A DNA stretch of 64,000 bases from an uncultured Erythrobacter sp. (GTDB lineage Bacteria; Pseudomonadota; Alphaproteobacteria; Sphingomonadales; Sphingomonadaceae). Of the stretch, positions 1 to 10,357 are shown piece after piece. The stretch is from the NCBI RefSeq assembly GCF_958304185.2, contig NZ_CAXXCI010000002.1, forward strand, positions 27,221 through 91,220, given 5' to 3'. The notes beneath the pieces are model-generated. The model made no database searches, was not told the DNA's origin, and saw only the letters and a list, made by a program, of their open reading frames with translations. The first letter of the stretch is position 1. Each line of letters opens with the position of its first letter. Both the position numbers and the translations under genes were made by a program.

Positions 1-17
1 TTTTCGCTGGCCGCGAT

Positions 18-500
18 TTACCCGCGATCCCGCATCAACCGGGCCTTGTCACGCTTCCAGTCGCGGTCCTTGGTGCTCGCGCGCTTGTCGTGGGTCTGCT
101 TGCCCTTGGCGAGCGCGAGTTCGACCTTCGCCCGGCCGGTGCTGTTGAAGTAAACCATCAGCGGCACCAGCGTCATGCCCTTGCGCTCCACCGCGCCGAC
201 GAATTTCTCGATCTCGCGTTCGTGCAGCAGCAATTTGCGCGGGCGGCGCGGTTCGTGGTTCAGGCGATTGCCGTGACTGTATTCGGGGATGTTGGCGTTG
301 ATCAGCCAAACCTGCCCATCCTTCACCTCGGCATAGGATTCCGCGATGCTCGCCTCGCCCGCCCTGAGCGCCTTCACTTCAGTGCCCTGCAAGGCGAGCC
401 CGGCCTCGAACTTGTCCTCGATATAGTAATCGTACCGCGCACGGCGGTTTTCGGCGACGATCTTGAGCTTGTCGAAGGTTACGGGTTTGGGGCGTGCCAT
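18..500 (-). CDS. smpB: SsrA-binding protein SmpB
   Basis: Last 160 codons of ORF 18..893. The in-frame ATG at 498-500 gives [46 protein letters not shown] and KLLLHEREI, typical of SmpB. The upstream part of the ORF looks like a GC artefact. Confidence 0.95.
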   Translation of the reverse strand: MARPKPVTFDKLKIVAENRRARYDYYIEDKFEAGLALQGTEVKALRAGEASIAESYAEVKDGQVWLINANIPEYSHGNRLNHEPRRPRKLLLHEREIEKFVGAVERKGMTLVPLMVYFNSTGRAKVELALAKGKQTHDKRASTKDRDWKRDKARLMRDRG

Positions 501-603
501 GGGACGCGCGATGTAGGAGCGCGAGACGCAAAAAGCGAGGGCCTTTGCGCTGAGCGCCCTTGCGGGGTATCGCTGGGTGCACGCAGCACGGGGGCCTGGC
601 CGC

Positions 604-1668
604 ATGAATAGTCCTGAACCCTTCATCATCGCCGGTGAAAGCATCGCGCCCGGCACCATGCGCGATGTCGCCTTCCCGATCACCACGATGGCGACCGGCA
701 CGGCATCATCGCTGGCGGTGCGGGTGCTGCATGGCGCAAAGTCCGGCCCGGCGGTGTTCGTGAGCGCGGCCATCCACGGGGACGAGATCATCGGCACAGC
801 GGTGATCCAGCGGCTGGCCAAGAAGCTCCATCCGGCGGTGCTGGCGGGCACCGTGATGCTGGTGCCGGTCGCCAATATCTTCGGCTTTATCACGCATTCG
901 CGTTACCTGCCTGACCGGCGCGACCTTAATCGCAGCTTTCCGGGGAGCGCGGGCGGATCGCTCGCGGGGCAGCTCGCCCATGTGTTCTATCGCGAAGTGG
1001 TGGCGCGCTGCCAGCTGGGGATCGACATCCATTCGGCCGCGATCCACCGCTACAACCTCCCGCAGATCCGCATCGCGGCGGGCAACCGCAAGCTGGTGGA
1101 ACTGGCGATGGCCTTCGGCGCGCCAGTGATTATCGAGAGCCCATTGCGCGACGGGTCCCTGCGCGATCTCGCCCAGAAGCACGGCGTTGATATGCTGCTG
1201 ATGGAAGCGGGCGAGGCGCTGCGGTTTGACCGGTTGTCGATCGAGACCGGCGTTGAGGGGGTCGAGCGGGTGCTGGCGCATCTCGCTATGATCGAAGCCG
1301 ATGACGGCCTTAGCGCCGTCGGCATCCCGGCCCGCGCCAACCGCTCGGTCTGGGTGCGAAGCCCGCGCGGCGGCGTGGTGCAGATCGTTCGGGAGTCGGG
1401 CGCGCCGGTGCGCAAGGGCGATGTGCTCGCCTGCGTCTCGGGCCTGTTCGGTGAGGACGCGCAGGAGATGATCAGTCCCTTGGACGGCATCATCATCGGC
1501 CATGCCACCCTGCCGGTGGTGCATCAGGGCGACGCCCTGTTCCACATCGCCGCGATTGCTCACCCCGAACGGGTCGGCGCGCAGATCGATTCGATCACCG
1601 ATGCGATCTTGGCGAGCGAACCCGAGGGGAACGCGGAGCGGCTGCTGGACGAGGACGAGGTGGTCTAG
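604..1668 (+). CDS. succinylglutamate desuccinylase/aspartoacylase family (M14-like) protein
   Basis: ORF 577..1668 with ATG at 604 ([11 protein letters not shown]). AIHGDEIIG and DIHSA motifs match the AstE/AspA zinc deacylase family by eye. Confidence 0.7.
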   Translation: MNSPEPFIIAGESIAPGTMRDVAFPITTMATGTASSLAVRVLHGAKSGPAVFVSAAIHGDEIIGTAVIQRLAKKLHPAVLAGTVMLVPVANIFGFITHSRYLPDRRDLNRSFPGSAGGSLAGQLAHVFYREVVARCQLGIDIHSAAIHRYNLPQIRIAAGNRKLVELAMAFGAPVIIESPLRDGSLRDLAQKHGVDMLLMEAGEALRFDRLSIETGVEGVERVLAHLAMIEADDGLSAVGIPARANRSVWVRSPRGGVVQIVRESGAPVRKGDVLACVSGLFGEDAQEMISPLDGIIIGHATLPVVHQGDALFHIAAIAHPERVGAQIDSITDAILASEPEGNAERLLDEDEVV

Positions 1669-2552
1669 GCCTCCAGCACCCCGGCCAGCACCAGCGCCTC
1701 ATCCACCGCGCGCTTGGCTTCGTCGGAGGCCTCGACCAGCGGCAAGCGCACTTCCGGCTCAATCCAGCCGTGCACGCGGCTCAGTGCGTATTTCACCGGC
1801 GCGGGACTGGCGTCGGAGAACATCGCATAGTGGAGCGGGAACAGGCGGTCGTTCAACTGGCGCGCCTTCTTCAGCTCGTTTGCAGCGATGGCTTCGTGGA
1901 ACTCGGCGCACAGCTTCGGCGCGACGTTCGCCGTCACCGAAATGCACCCGCGCCCGCCCGCTGCGGCGTGGGGCAGCCACAGCTCGTCATTGCCCGAAAG
2001 CTGGCAGAATTCGCGGCCGATGCCCATGCGGTGGTCAGCAACCCGCGACAGGTCGCCGCTTGCGTCCTTGATGGCGATGATCCGGTCGGGATATTTGCGC
2101 ACCAGCTCCACCACCGTTTCATCAAGCAGGTCGGTCACCGTGCGCGCGGGCACGTTGTAGAGCACGATCGGCAGATCGCAGTTTTCCGCCAGATAGCTGA
2201 AATGCGCCACCAACCCGCGCTGGCTCGGTCGGTTGTAATAGGGGGCGACGCAGAGGCCCGCTGCCGCGCCTGCCTTCTTGGCGAAGTTCATGTGGAGCTG
2301 CGCGTTGCGGGTGTCGTTCGACCCGCAGCCCGCGATCACCGGCACGCGGCCTGCCGCCTGTTCGATACAGACTTCGATCACGCGGTGATGCTCGGCGTTG
2401 GAGAGGGTCGATGCCTCCCCCGTCGTACCGCAGGGCACCAGCGCGGCACTGCCGTTTTCAATTTGCCAGTCGACCAGCCGCCGGAATGCCGCCTCGTCAA
2501 ACGTTCCACCCCGGAAAGGAGTCACCAGAGCGGGTATCGAACCGCTGAACAT
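1665..2552 (-). CDS. dapA: 4-hydroxy-tetrahydrodipicolinate synthase
   Basis: ATG at 2552 (MFSGSIPALVTPF). GTTGEASTLS and LYNVPARTV motifs are present across the full DapA length. Confidence 0.95.
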   Translation of the reverse strand: MFSGSIPALVTPFRGGTFDEAAFRRLVDWQIENGSAALVPCGTTGEASTLSNAEHHRVIEVCIEQAAGRVPVIAGCGSNDTRNAQLHMNFAKKAGAAAGLCVAPYYNRPSQRGLVAHFSYLAENCDLPIVLYNVPARTVTDLLDETVVELVRKYPDRIIAIKDASGDLSRVADHRMGIGREFCQLSGNDELWLPHAAAGGRGCISVTANVAPKLCAEFHEAIAANELKKARQLNDRLFPLHYAMFSDASPAPVKYALSRVHGWIEPEVRLPLVEASDEAKRAVDEALVLAGVLEA

Positions 2553-2650
2553 TGCCTTTGTCTCGCCTTCATCGCTAGGTATCGAGCATAAGCGGGGCCT
2601 CTCCCCCGTTATCCCGTCGTTCACCGCCTGATAAGGAGCCGATTGGCACT

Positions 2651-4612
2651 ATGTCCAGCATGGTCCGCACTTCTTTGTTCTCGTCACGGATTTATGCTGC
2701 TCTGGGGCTGACGCTTGCGGGATTTGCGGCCCTTCCTGCTGCTGCGCAGAATCTTTCGGGGAGCGATAATCTCGTCGCCCGTCAGCCGGCCGCGATCGAC
2801 GCGGCGGTGGCGCGTTGGGAGGTGCTGCAAGCCAGCCGCACCCATACCTTCGCCGACTATGCGGGCTTCGTGCTCGCCTATCCCACCTTCCCGCGCGCCG
2901 ATATCCTCCGCCTGCGGGCAGAGGCCACGCTGGAGAACGAGGCTCCGCCGCAGGCAGAGCTGCTGCGCTATTTCGACGCGAACCCGCCGCTGACCAACCC
3001 CGGTCGCGCACGCTATGCGCTGGCGCTGGCTGCGATCCAGCACCCCAAGGCCTTCGAGGAAGCGCGCCGTGCCTGGCGCGGCGGCGCGATGAGCGATCCG
3101 GTCGAGCTGTACATTGCCGGGCTCTACGGCGCGCAGTTCACGCCTGAAGATCAGGCGGTGCGGATGGATGCACTGCTGTGGCAGGGCAAGGGCGATGCCG
3201 CCTCGCGCCAATTGGTCAATCTCTCCGAAACCGACCGGCAGCTCGCGATGACACGCCTGTCACTGGTGCGCGGTGCGCGGCCCGAAATGTCCGGCCTCGC
3301 CGTGCCAGCGGGGGCGGAAGCCGATCCGGGTTACACCTTCAATCTGGTCAAGTTCCTGCGCTCGACCGGCCAATCGGGTGAAGCCGCGCGGGCCTTCACC
3401 AACCGGCCGGGGTTCAACCGCCCCGCCCTCGACCCCGAGGCGTTCGTGGGCGAGTTGCTCTCCCTCGTCAAGGCCACCGGCGCGCGCGATGCGGCCATGA
3501 TTGCCGCCCGCACCGATGATCTGTTCGCGCCGGGCACCGATGTCTCGCTGATGAGCTTCACCTTGCGTGATCGCTACACCGATCTCATGTGGCTCGGCGG
3601 GACGCGGGCACTCTGGGACATGGGCGACGGCACCACCGCTGCGCCGCTGTTCCAGCGCTATGGCGATGCGGCCAAGACCCCGCTGACCAAGGCCAAGGGC
3701 TATTTCTGGGCCGGACGCGCCGCGCGCCAGGCGGGCAAGGGCGCGGATGCGGCGCGCTATTTCGAAATGGCCGCGCGCTGGCCGGATTATTACTACGGCC
3801 AGCTCGCCCTGTCAGAGCTCGGCCGGTCGATGCCGTCCTTTGCCGGTCTCCCCCAACCTGCAATGGACCCGAACGTCCGCGCCGAGTTCGAGAGCCGCCC
3901 GCTGGTCAAGGCGATCCGCGCGCTCGCCGTCAGCCGCCGCGACTGGCGCACCGAGCGCCGCTTCTTCGAAGCCTTGGGCGACGAGGCCGACACGCCGACC
4001 GAAATGCTGATGGCTGCGATGCTCGCCAATGAAGTCGGGTTGGATGAGATGGCGGTGGTGCTAGGCATGAAGGCGGGCGAAAACGGGCTTTCCAGCCTTG
4101 AGCGGATCGGCTTTCCGGTGGTTGCGACGCCGCCAACCGTCAACGACTGGGTCATGGTCCACGCTATCGCGCGGCAGGAAAGCGAATTTGACCGCACGCG
4201 TGAAAGCCATGCCGGTGCGCGCGGGATCATGCAGCTGATGCCGGGCACCGCGCGCGAGCAGGCGGGCAAGCTCGGGATGCAATATCTCTCCGCCGATCTG
4301 ACCGGCGCTCCGCAATACAACATCACGCTGGGCGATGCCTATTTCGCGCGGATGATGAACTATTACGGCGGGGCCTATCCGCTCGCGGTGGGCGCTTACA
4401 ATGCCGGGCCCGGACGCGTGAACGAATGGCTGCGCCTCAACGGCGACCCGCGCCGTGGCGAGATCGACTGGGTCACCTGGGTCGAGAAGATCCCCGCCAA
4501 TTTCGAAACGCGCTATTACATCATGCGCGTGATCGGCAATGCGGTGACCTATTCGCATATGTACCCCGATCGGGCCGGATTGCCGCGTCCGGTCGATACC
4601 TTCCTGCGCTGA
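2651..4612 (+). CDS. soluble lytic murein transglycosylase (Slt70-like), secreted
   Basis: 653-aa ORF with an N-terminal signal peptide (AALGLTLAGFAALPAAAQ). The C-terminal SLT domain carries ESEFD, GARGIMQLMPGTA and AYNAGPGRV. Confidence 0.85.
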   Translation: MSSMVRTSLFSSRIYAALGLTLAGFAALPAAAQNLSGSDNLVARQPAAIDAAVARWEVLQASRTHTFADYAGFVLAYPTFPRADILRLRAEATLENEAPPQAELLRYFDANPPLTNPGRARYALALAAIQHPKAFEEARRAWRGGAMSDPVELYIAGLYGAQFTPEDQAVRMDALLWQGKGDAASRQLVNLSETDRQLAMTRLSLVRGARPEMSGLAVPAGAEADPGYTFNLVKFLRSTGQSGEAARAFTNRPGFNRPALDPEAFVGELLSLVKATGARDAAMIAARTDDLFAPGTDVSLMSFTLRDRYTDLMWLGGTRALWDMGDGTTAAPLFQRYGDAAKTPLTKAKGYFWAGRAARQAGKGADAARYFEMAARWPDYYYGQLALSELGRSMPSFAGLPQPAMDPNVRAEFESRPLVKAIRALAVSRRDWRTERRFFEALGDEADTPTEMLMAAMLANEVGLDEMAVVLGMKAGENGLSSLERIGFPVVATPPTVNDWVMVHAIARQESEFDRTRESHAGARGIMQLMPGTAREQAGKLGMQYLSADLTGAPQYNITLGDAYFARMMNYYGGAYPLAVGAYNAGPGRVNEWLRLNGDPRRGEIDWVTWVEKIPANFETRYYIMRVIGNAVTYSHMYPDRAGLPRPVDTFLR

Positions 4613-4620
4613 ACCTGCCC

Positions 4621-5100
4621 GTGAAACCGCAGGGGCAACCCATCACCCCTGCGGGGATGGCGGCGTTGAAGGCGCGATACGACCAGCTGCTCGAAACCGA
4701 CCGCCCGGCGATTGTCGAGATCGTCAGCTGGGCGGCGGGCAATGGCGACCGATCCGAGAATGGCGACTACCTCTATGGCCGCAAGAAAATGCGCGAAATC
4801 GACCGCGAGCTCACCCATCTGATCGAGCGGATGAAGGCGCTGCGCGTGGTTGATCCTGCCGCGCAGGTGGACCGCAGCCGCGTGTTCTTCGGCGCGCAGG
4901 TCACTATCGCAGACGAGGACGACGAACAGCAAACAGTGCATCTGGTCGGCGATGACGAGCAGGACGCGAGCGCAGGGCGGATCGGCTGGAACTCCCCGCT
5001 CGCCCGGGCGCTGCGCGGCGCGGGCGTCGGGGATTTGCGGGTGGTCAGCCTTCCCTCGGGCACGAAAGAGTGGGAAGTGCTGGCGATCAGCTATGACTAG
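4621..5100 (+). CDS. greB: transcription elongation factor GreB
   Basis: GTG at 4621, just after the slt stop. The 159-aa product has WAAGNGDRSENGDYLYGRKKMREIDREL and a C-terminal Gre domain (ISWNSPLARAL-like). Confidence 0.85.
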   Translation: MKPQGQPITPAGMAALKARYDQLLETDRPAIVEIVSWAAGNGDRSENGDYLYGRKKMREIDRELTHLIERMKALRVVDPAAQVDRSRVFFGAQVTIADEDDEQQTVHLVGDDEQDASAGRIGWNSPLARALRGAGVGDLRVVSLPSGTKEWEVLAISYD

Positions 5101-5551
5101 GTTTGCACTTCTTGCCCTGCTGCTTCTCGCCGCGCCTCTGGCCGCGCGCGAGAGTCTTGGCGTCTATGACGGCTGGGCGGCGTTCAAGGATGCCAAGCCC
5201 TTGCGCTGCTACGCAATTGCCAAGGCCCAGGGCAAGCCCCCCGCGCCGGCCTATGCCACGGTCTCCAACTGGCCGGATCGCAAGGTGCGCGGGGCGGTGC
5301 ATCTTGTCCTGTCGCGTGATGTGGCGGACAAGCAGGCGGTGCGGCTCACCGTGGGCGACAAGCGCTTCGATCTGGTCGCCAAGGGCCGCAATGCCTGGGC
5401 CAAGGACGCGCGCGACGATGCCGCGATCATCGCCGCAATGCGCTCCGCCAGCCGGATGAGCGTGTCGGGCGGCGGCTTTACCGACCGCTACATCCTCGCC
5501 GGAGCGGCCACGGCGATTGATGCGGCGACTGTGGGGTGTGCCAAGCGATAA
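5093..5551 (+). CDS. hypothetical secreted protein
   Basis: ATG at 5093 overlaps the greB stop. Signal peptide MTRFALLALLLLAAPLAA. No family recognised. Confidence 0.5.
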   Translation: MTRFALLALLLLAAPLAARESLGVYDGWAAFKDAKPLRCYAIAKAQGKPPAPAYATVSNWPDRKVRGAVHLVLSRDVADKQAVRLTVGDKRFDLVAKGRNAWAKDARDDAAIIAAMRSASRMSVSGGGFTDRYILAGAATAIDAATVGCAKR

Positions 5552-5612
5552 CTCTCGGCACCGGGACGGGGGATAGTCAAATCTCTCCAACCGCACTATA
5601 TGCGCGGACCTC

Positions 5613-6866
5613 ATGGCCGATACTGCACTCATGTCCATTCCGGGCCTCGTTGACCCGGTTCCCGCCGCGCGCGACATCACGCCGCGCGAAGACGGCCGCA
5701 TTGACCTGATCGGTCTGCCCCGCCCGCGCATCCGCGAGCTGTTCGCCGAAGCCGGGCTCGACGACAAGGCCGCCAAGCTGCGCGCCAAGCAGGTGTTCCA
5801 CTGGCTCTACCATCGCGGCGTCACCGATTTCGAGGCGATGACCGACATCGCCAAGCCGATGCGCCCGTGGCTGGCGGAACGCTTCGTGATCGGCCGCCCC
5901 GATGTGGTCGAAGCCCAGCACTCGGTCGACGGCACCCGCAAATGGCTGCTGCGCACCGCCGACGGCCACGATTTCGAGATGGTCTTCATCCCTGACGAGA
6001 CGCGCGGCACCCTGTGCGTCTCCAGCCAAGTCGGCTGCACGCTCACCTGTTCGTTCTGCCACACGGGCACGATGCGGCTGGTGCGCAATCTCACCCCCGG
6101 CGAGATTGTCGGGCAGGTAATGCTCGCCCGCGACGCGCTGGGCGAGTGGCCGCGCGGCACCATGATCAGCGATGCCGACGTGATCGACGAGGATGACGAG
6201 GCGGGCCACTACACCGCCGATGGCCGGTTGCTCACCAACATCGTGATGATGGGCATGGGTGAGCCGCTCTACAATTTCGACCACGTGCGCGACGCGCTGA
6301 AGCTGGTGATGGACGGCGATGGCCTCGCCCTCTCCAAGCGCCGCATCACGCTTTCGACCAGCGGCGTGATCCCCATGATGGAGCGCTGCGGCGAGGAAAT
6401 CGGCGTGAATCTCGCGGTCTCGCTCCACGGCGTGCGCAAGGAAGTGCGTGATGAATTGGTGCCGCTCAACAAGAAATACGGCATCGAGGACCTGCTTCAG
6501 GCCTGCGCCGATTATCCGGGCGCAAGCAACGCACGGCGCATCACCTTCGAATATGTCATGATCAAGGACAAGAACGACAGCGACGAAGATGCGCGCGAAC
6601 TTGTCCGCCTGCTGCGCCAGTACAACCTGCCGGCCAAGGTCAACCTGATCCCGTTCAACCCCTGGCCGGGCGCCGGTTACGATACCTCCACGCCCGACCG
6701 CATCCGCAACTTCTCGCAGATCGTGTTCGAGGGCGGCATCTCCGCCCCCGTCCGCACACCACGCGGGCGCGATATTGATGCGGCTTGCGGACAGCTGAAG
6801 ACGGCCGCCGAGAAGAAATCCCGGGCCCAGCGTGACCGCGAGGCGGCGGCAGCGGCGGACGCGTGA
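5613..6866 (+). CDS. rlmN: 23S rRNA (adenine2503-C2)-methyltransferase, radical SAM
   Basis: 417 aa with the radical-SAM cluster motif [18 protein letters not shown] and the C-terminal DIDAACGQL typical of RlmN. Confidence 0.95.
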   Translation: MADTALMSIPGLVDPVPAARDITPREDGRIDLIGLPRPRIRELFAEAGLDDKAAKLRAKQVFHWLYHRGVTDFEAMTDIAKPMRPWLAERFVIGRPDVVEAQHSVDGTRKWLLRTADGHDFEMVFIPDETRGTLCVSSQVGCTLTCSFCHTGTMRLVRNLTPGEIVGQVMLARDALGEWPRGTMISDADVIDEDDEAGHYTADGRLLTNIVMMGMGEPLYNFDHVRDALKLVMDGDGLALSKRRITLSTSGVIPMMERCGEEIGVNLAVSLHGVRKEVRDELVPLNKKYGIEDLLQACADYPGASNARRITFEYVMIKDKNDSDEDARELVRLLRQYNLPAKVNLIPFNPWPGAGYDTSTPDRIRNFSQIVFEGGISAPVRTPRGRDIDAACGQLKTAAEKKSRAQRDREAAAAADA

Positions 6867-7459
6867 GCACCGATCCGGACACGATCGCTTTCTACCAGAC
6901 GCGCGCGCCGCATTATGTGCTGAAGTTCGGACAGTCACACAGTTACCAGCTCGATCCTTTCCTTGACCGCCTGCCTGCGGGCGGGCGAGTCCTAGAGCTA
7001 GGCTGCGGCGGCGGTCAGGATGCCGCGCGGATCGCTGCGCGCGGCTTCGCGGTCGATGCCACGGATGGCACCCCGGCGATGGTGGTGAAAGCCAACGAGC
7101 GCTGGAATGTGGGGGCGCGGGTGATGGCCTTCGATGAACTTGACGCCGAAGCGGCCTATGACGGCGTGTGGGCGCATGCGAGCCTGCTCCATTGCCCCCG
7201 CGCCGCCTTGCCCGAAGTGCTCGCCCGCATCAACCGCGCCTTGCGTCCCGGCGGGTGGCACTTTGCCAGCTACAAATTGGGCACAGCAGAAGGGCGCGAC
7301 GCGCTGGGTCGCTTTTACAACTTCCCCGATGCCCAGTGGCTTGCTGCGCAATACGACGCGCTGACCGGTTGGGAGATTGTCGAAACCCGTCATTACAAGT
7401 CCGGCGGGTTCGACAATGTCGAGCGTGACTGGATCGACCTCATCGTGAGAAAGCGATGA
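6863..7459 (+). CDS. class I SAM-dependent methyltransferase
   Basis: GTG start overlaps the rlmN stop. Motif I is [12 protein letters not shown]. 198 aa. Confidence 0.75.
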   Translation: MSTDPDTIAFYQTRAPHYVLKFGQSHSYQLDPFLDRLPAGGRVLELGCGGGQDAARIAARGFAVDATDGTPAMVVKANERWNVGARVMAFDELDAEAAYDGVWAHASLLHCPRAALPEVLARINRALRPGGWHFASYKLGTAEGRDALGRFYNFPDAQWLAAQYDALTGWEIVETRHYKSGGFDNVERDWIDLIVRKR

Positions 7460-8094
7460 AGCATATCGTCGAAGCCGTCTGCACCGGCACCGCCCGCCCG
7501 TTCAACGGCGCGGAACTGAGCGCCATTGCCAAGCGTCCGCGTGAAGGCTTGGTGCAAGTGCTGGAAGAAGGCCTCGCCCCGGACGAACAGGCCGACCGCT
7601 CTGTCCACGGCGGGCCGGAGATGGCGCTGCACCTCTATCCGCTCGGTCACCACGCATGGTGGCGCGGGATTATCGGCGATCATCCGGCGCTGGACGAGCC
7701 CGGCGGGTTCGGATCGAACCTCGCTGTCACCGGTCTGCTGGAGGATCAGGTGCACATCGGCGACCGCTTCCGGCTCGGGACCGCACTGATCGAGGTCAGC
7801 CAACCGCGCCAGCCGTGCTGGAAGATCGAGCACCGTTTCGGTCACAAGGGCATGGTCGCGCAGATCGTCAAGACCGGACGCTGCGGCTGGTATTTCCGCG
7901 TGATCGAGACCGGAGAGGTCGCCGCGGGCGATTCGCTCGAACGCATCGCCATCGGCGCGGCGGACTGGAGCATTGCGCGGGTCTTTCGGGCTCTGGTCGC
8001 AGGCAAAGCGACCGCGGAAGAATTGGCGCAACTGGCCGATCTCGCCACGCTCACCCCGCGCCTTCGCGCCAATGCCGCAGCCCGGCGCGGTTGA
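7456..8094 (+). CDS. MOSC domain-containing protein (YiiM-like)
   Basis: 212 aa with HGGPEMALHLY, IEVSQPRQPCWKI and GWYFRV motifs of MOSC domains. Confidence 0.8.
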   Translation: MKHIVEAVCTGTARPFNGAELSAIAKRPREGLVQVLEEGLAPDEQADRSVHGGPEMALHLYPLGHHAWWRGIIGDHPALDEPGGFGSNLAVTGLLEDQVHIGDRFRLGTALIEVSQPRQPCWKIEHRFGHKGMVAQIVKTGRCGWYFRVIETGEVAAGDSLERIAIGAADWSIARVFRALVAGKATAEELAQLADLATLTPRLRANAAARRG

Positions 8095-8228
8095 GCCACG
8101 GTTCATCCCAAAGCGCCCTCAGCTGAACAAATCTGCCGATTTCCTGAAAGCCGCGTTCATCCTGCGTTCGAGTAAACTGAACGAAAAGGGGGTCGCTCCA
8201 TCGGGGAGCCGCCACAAGGAAGAATGAC

Positions 8229-8687
8229 ATGAAAAACCTTGCCCTGCTCGCCGCCGCCGCCGGTTCGATGGCTGTCTTTGCCGCTCCCGCGCAGGCAGCC
8301 GAACTGCCCGCCGCGCCCGCGCCGATCTTTGCCAACTTCAACGATAGCGCTGCGCCCTTCACCAGTGTTGCCGCCTATGGCGACCGTGACGACTGGCGTG
8401 ACCGCCGCGACCGTCGCAACTACCGTGATCGTGACCGTGGTCGCGACTGGGATGATCGTGGCCGCCGCCTCTCGCGCAATGACCGCGTATGGCGTGGGAA
8501 TGATGGCCGCTACTACTGCAAGCGCGACAACGGCACCACCGGGCTCGTGATTGGCGCAGTCGGCGGGGCTCTCCTCGGCCGCACCGTTGACACCCGCGGT
8601 GACCGTACGCTTGGCACCGTTCTCGGCGGTCTCGCCGGGGGTCTGCTGGGTCGCGAAATCGACCGCGGCGAAGCACGCTGCCGCTAA
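8229..8687 (+). CDS. secreted RD-repeat / glycine-zipper protein
   Basis: Signal peptide, then the low-complexity run DRDDWRDRRDRRNYRDRDRGRDWDDRGRR. The C-terminal glycine zipper is GLVIGAVGGALLGR..GTVLGGLAGGLLG. Confidence 0.6.
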   Translation: MKNLALLAAAAGSMAVFAAPAQAAELPAAPAPIFANFNDSAAPFTSVAAYGDRDDWRDRRDRRNYRDRDRGRDWDDRGRRLSRNDRVWRGNDGRYYCKRDNGTTGLVIGAVGGALLGRTVDTRGDRTLGTVLGGLAGGLLGREIDRGEARCR

Positions 8688-8711
8688 TTGACACTCCTTA
8701 ACGGGCTGAAC

Positions 8712-8741
8712 GCCGCTGGTCCCACCGCCAGCGGCGTTTTT
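8712..8741 (+). terminator. rho-independent terminator after the RD/glycine-zipper gene
   Basis: Stem gccgctgg (8712-8719) pairs with ccagcggc (8728-8735) and is followed by ttttt (8737-8741). Confidence 0.6.
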
Positions 8742-8846
8742 GCCTGTTCTGCTATCACCGGCAAGGGCCGCGCCGCGCTCCCCGATTGAAGCGCGGCCCC
8801 TGCCCTGTTAGCGCTGGGCCATGCCCCAAATCTCAGACCTTGCCTT

Positions 8847-9626
8847 ATGATCCGCCCCGCCGTTCTTGTGACTGGCGGGGCGACCCGTATTGGCGCTGCG
8901 ATCGTGCGCCGCTTTGCCGAGGCAGGATGGCACGTGGTGATCCATTACCGCGCCTCCGGCATCGCAGCGGAGGCGCTCGCCGCCACCTTGCCGTCCGCCG
9001 AGACGATCGCTTTCGATCTCGCCGATGACGACGCTGCCGTGGCCGCTGTCACGCAGCTTGCGGCGCGCCTGCCCGACTGGCGCTGCCTGGTGAACTCCGC
9101 CTCGGTGTTTGATTATGACGGTGTAACCGAACTCGATCCCGCCACGAACCGGGCTGCGATGCAGATCAACGCGCTTGCCCCGGCCCGCCTTGCCCAGGCC
9201 TTCATCGCCCACGCGGTGAGCACGGCTATGCGCTGTGTGATCCACGTCACGGATATGAAGATCGAAAACACGAACCCCGATTTCTTCAGTTACACAATGT
9301 CCAAACACGCGCTGGCTTCCACCATCGGAATGTTGGCCAAGGGGAACCAGGACAAGGGCGTCAGGGTCTATGGCCTTGCGCCCGGCGCCGTGCTGGCCAG
9401 CCATGACCAGCGCGAGGAGGAGACCGAGATTTCACACCGCCTCAACTTGCTTCAGCGCAAAACCGGCGCTGACGAGATCGCCAATGCGGCGCTGTTCCTG
9501 AGCAGCGGCGCGCTCGCAAGCGGGCAGAGCCTGTTCATCGACAGCGGCCAACATCTGCTGGATCAGCCGCGCGATGTCATCTGGCTCGCCCGCGAACAGG
9601 CGCAGGCGACAGGGGTAACCGCATGA
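8847..9626 (+). CDS. SDR family oxidoreductase
   Basis: N-terminal Rossmann motif VLVTGGATRIGAAI and the YxxxK region YTMSKHAL. 259 aa. Confidence 0.85.
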   Translation: MIRPAVLVTGGATRIGAAIVRRFAEAGWHVVIHYRASGIAAEALAATLPSAETIAFDLADDDAAVAAVTQLAARLPDWRCLVNSASVFDYDGVTELDPATNRAAMQINALAPARLAQAFIAHAVSTAMRCVIHVTDMKIENTNPDFFSYTMSKHALASTIGMLAKGNQDKGVRVYGLAPGAVLASHDQREEETEISHRLNLLQRKTGADEIANAALFLSSGALASGQSLFIDSGQHLLDQPRDVIWLAREQAQATGVTA

Positions 9627-10357
9627 AAAAGCACGCGCTCTCCACCCGGCTATGGCATTGGGTCAATGCCGCCGCGATCGTCGTGCTGTTCATGAGCGGG
9701 CTGAACATCTCGAACGCGCACCGCTATCTCTATTGGGGCGATTATGGCTTCGATCCCAAGGATGCCTGGCTAAGCGTCATCAAGTTCCCCGGCTGGGCGA
9801 CGATCCCGCAGCATTACAACCTCGCCCTCGCGCGCGACTGGCATACCACAGCGGCTTGGCCGTTCGGCGTGGGCCTGCTGTTCATCTGGGTCGCCATGCT
9901 GGTCAACGGCCATTTTCGCCGCGATCTGACCACCACCCCGCGCGACTGGTCGCCGGGCGCGGTGATTGCCTCGGTCAAGGCGCATTCGGGCGGCGGGGCA
10001 GCGCATGGTTACAACCCGGTGCAGCGCATTCTCTACGGCATGGTGTTCGGCGTGCTGTTGCCGCTGATGCTGTTCACTGGCCTTGCGATCAGTCCGGGCT
10101 TTCAGGCGGCGGCGCCGTGGCTGCTCGATGTGCTCGGCGGGCGGCAGAGTGCACGCTCGCTGCATTTCATTTCGGCTTGGGCGATCTTCGGCTTCTTCGT
10201 CATCCACATCGTGCTGGCGTTGATCGATTGGCGGCTGATCCTCGAGATGTTCACCGGCGGCAAGCGCGCGGATGCTGCAACCCCGCCCGCTCCGGCTCGG
10301 CCTGAGCCTGAGCCTGACACCATGCCGCCCGAAGATGGAGCACCCGCCCATGGTTGA
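9623..10357 (+). CDS. cytochrome b-type membrane subunit (Ni_hydr_CYTB-like)
   Basis: ATGA overlap with the SDR stop. Multiple TM helices and an RLWHWVNA start typical of b-type cytochrome partners of Mo oxidoreductases. Confidence 0.7.
   Translation: MKKHALSTRLWHWVNAAAIVVLFMSGLNISNAHRYLYWGDYGFDPKDAWLSVIKFPGWATIPQHYNLALARDWHTTAAWPFGVGLLFIWVAMLVNGHFRRDLTTTPRDWSPGAVIASVKAHSGGGAAHGYNPVQRILYGMVFGVLLPLMLFTGLAISPGFQAAAPWLLDVLGGRQSARSLHFISAWAIFGFFVIHIVLALIDWRLILEMFTGGKRADAATPPAPARPEPEPDTMPPEDGAPAHG

Noticed and set aside
5577-6938. 453-aa minus-strand ORF
   Set aside because: It is antisense to the clearly real rlmN. Its Arg/Ala/Gly/His-rich translation is typical of GC-rich shadow ORFs.
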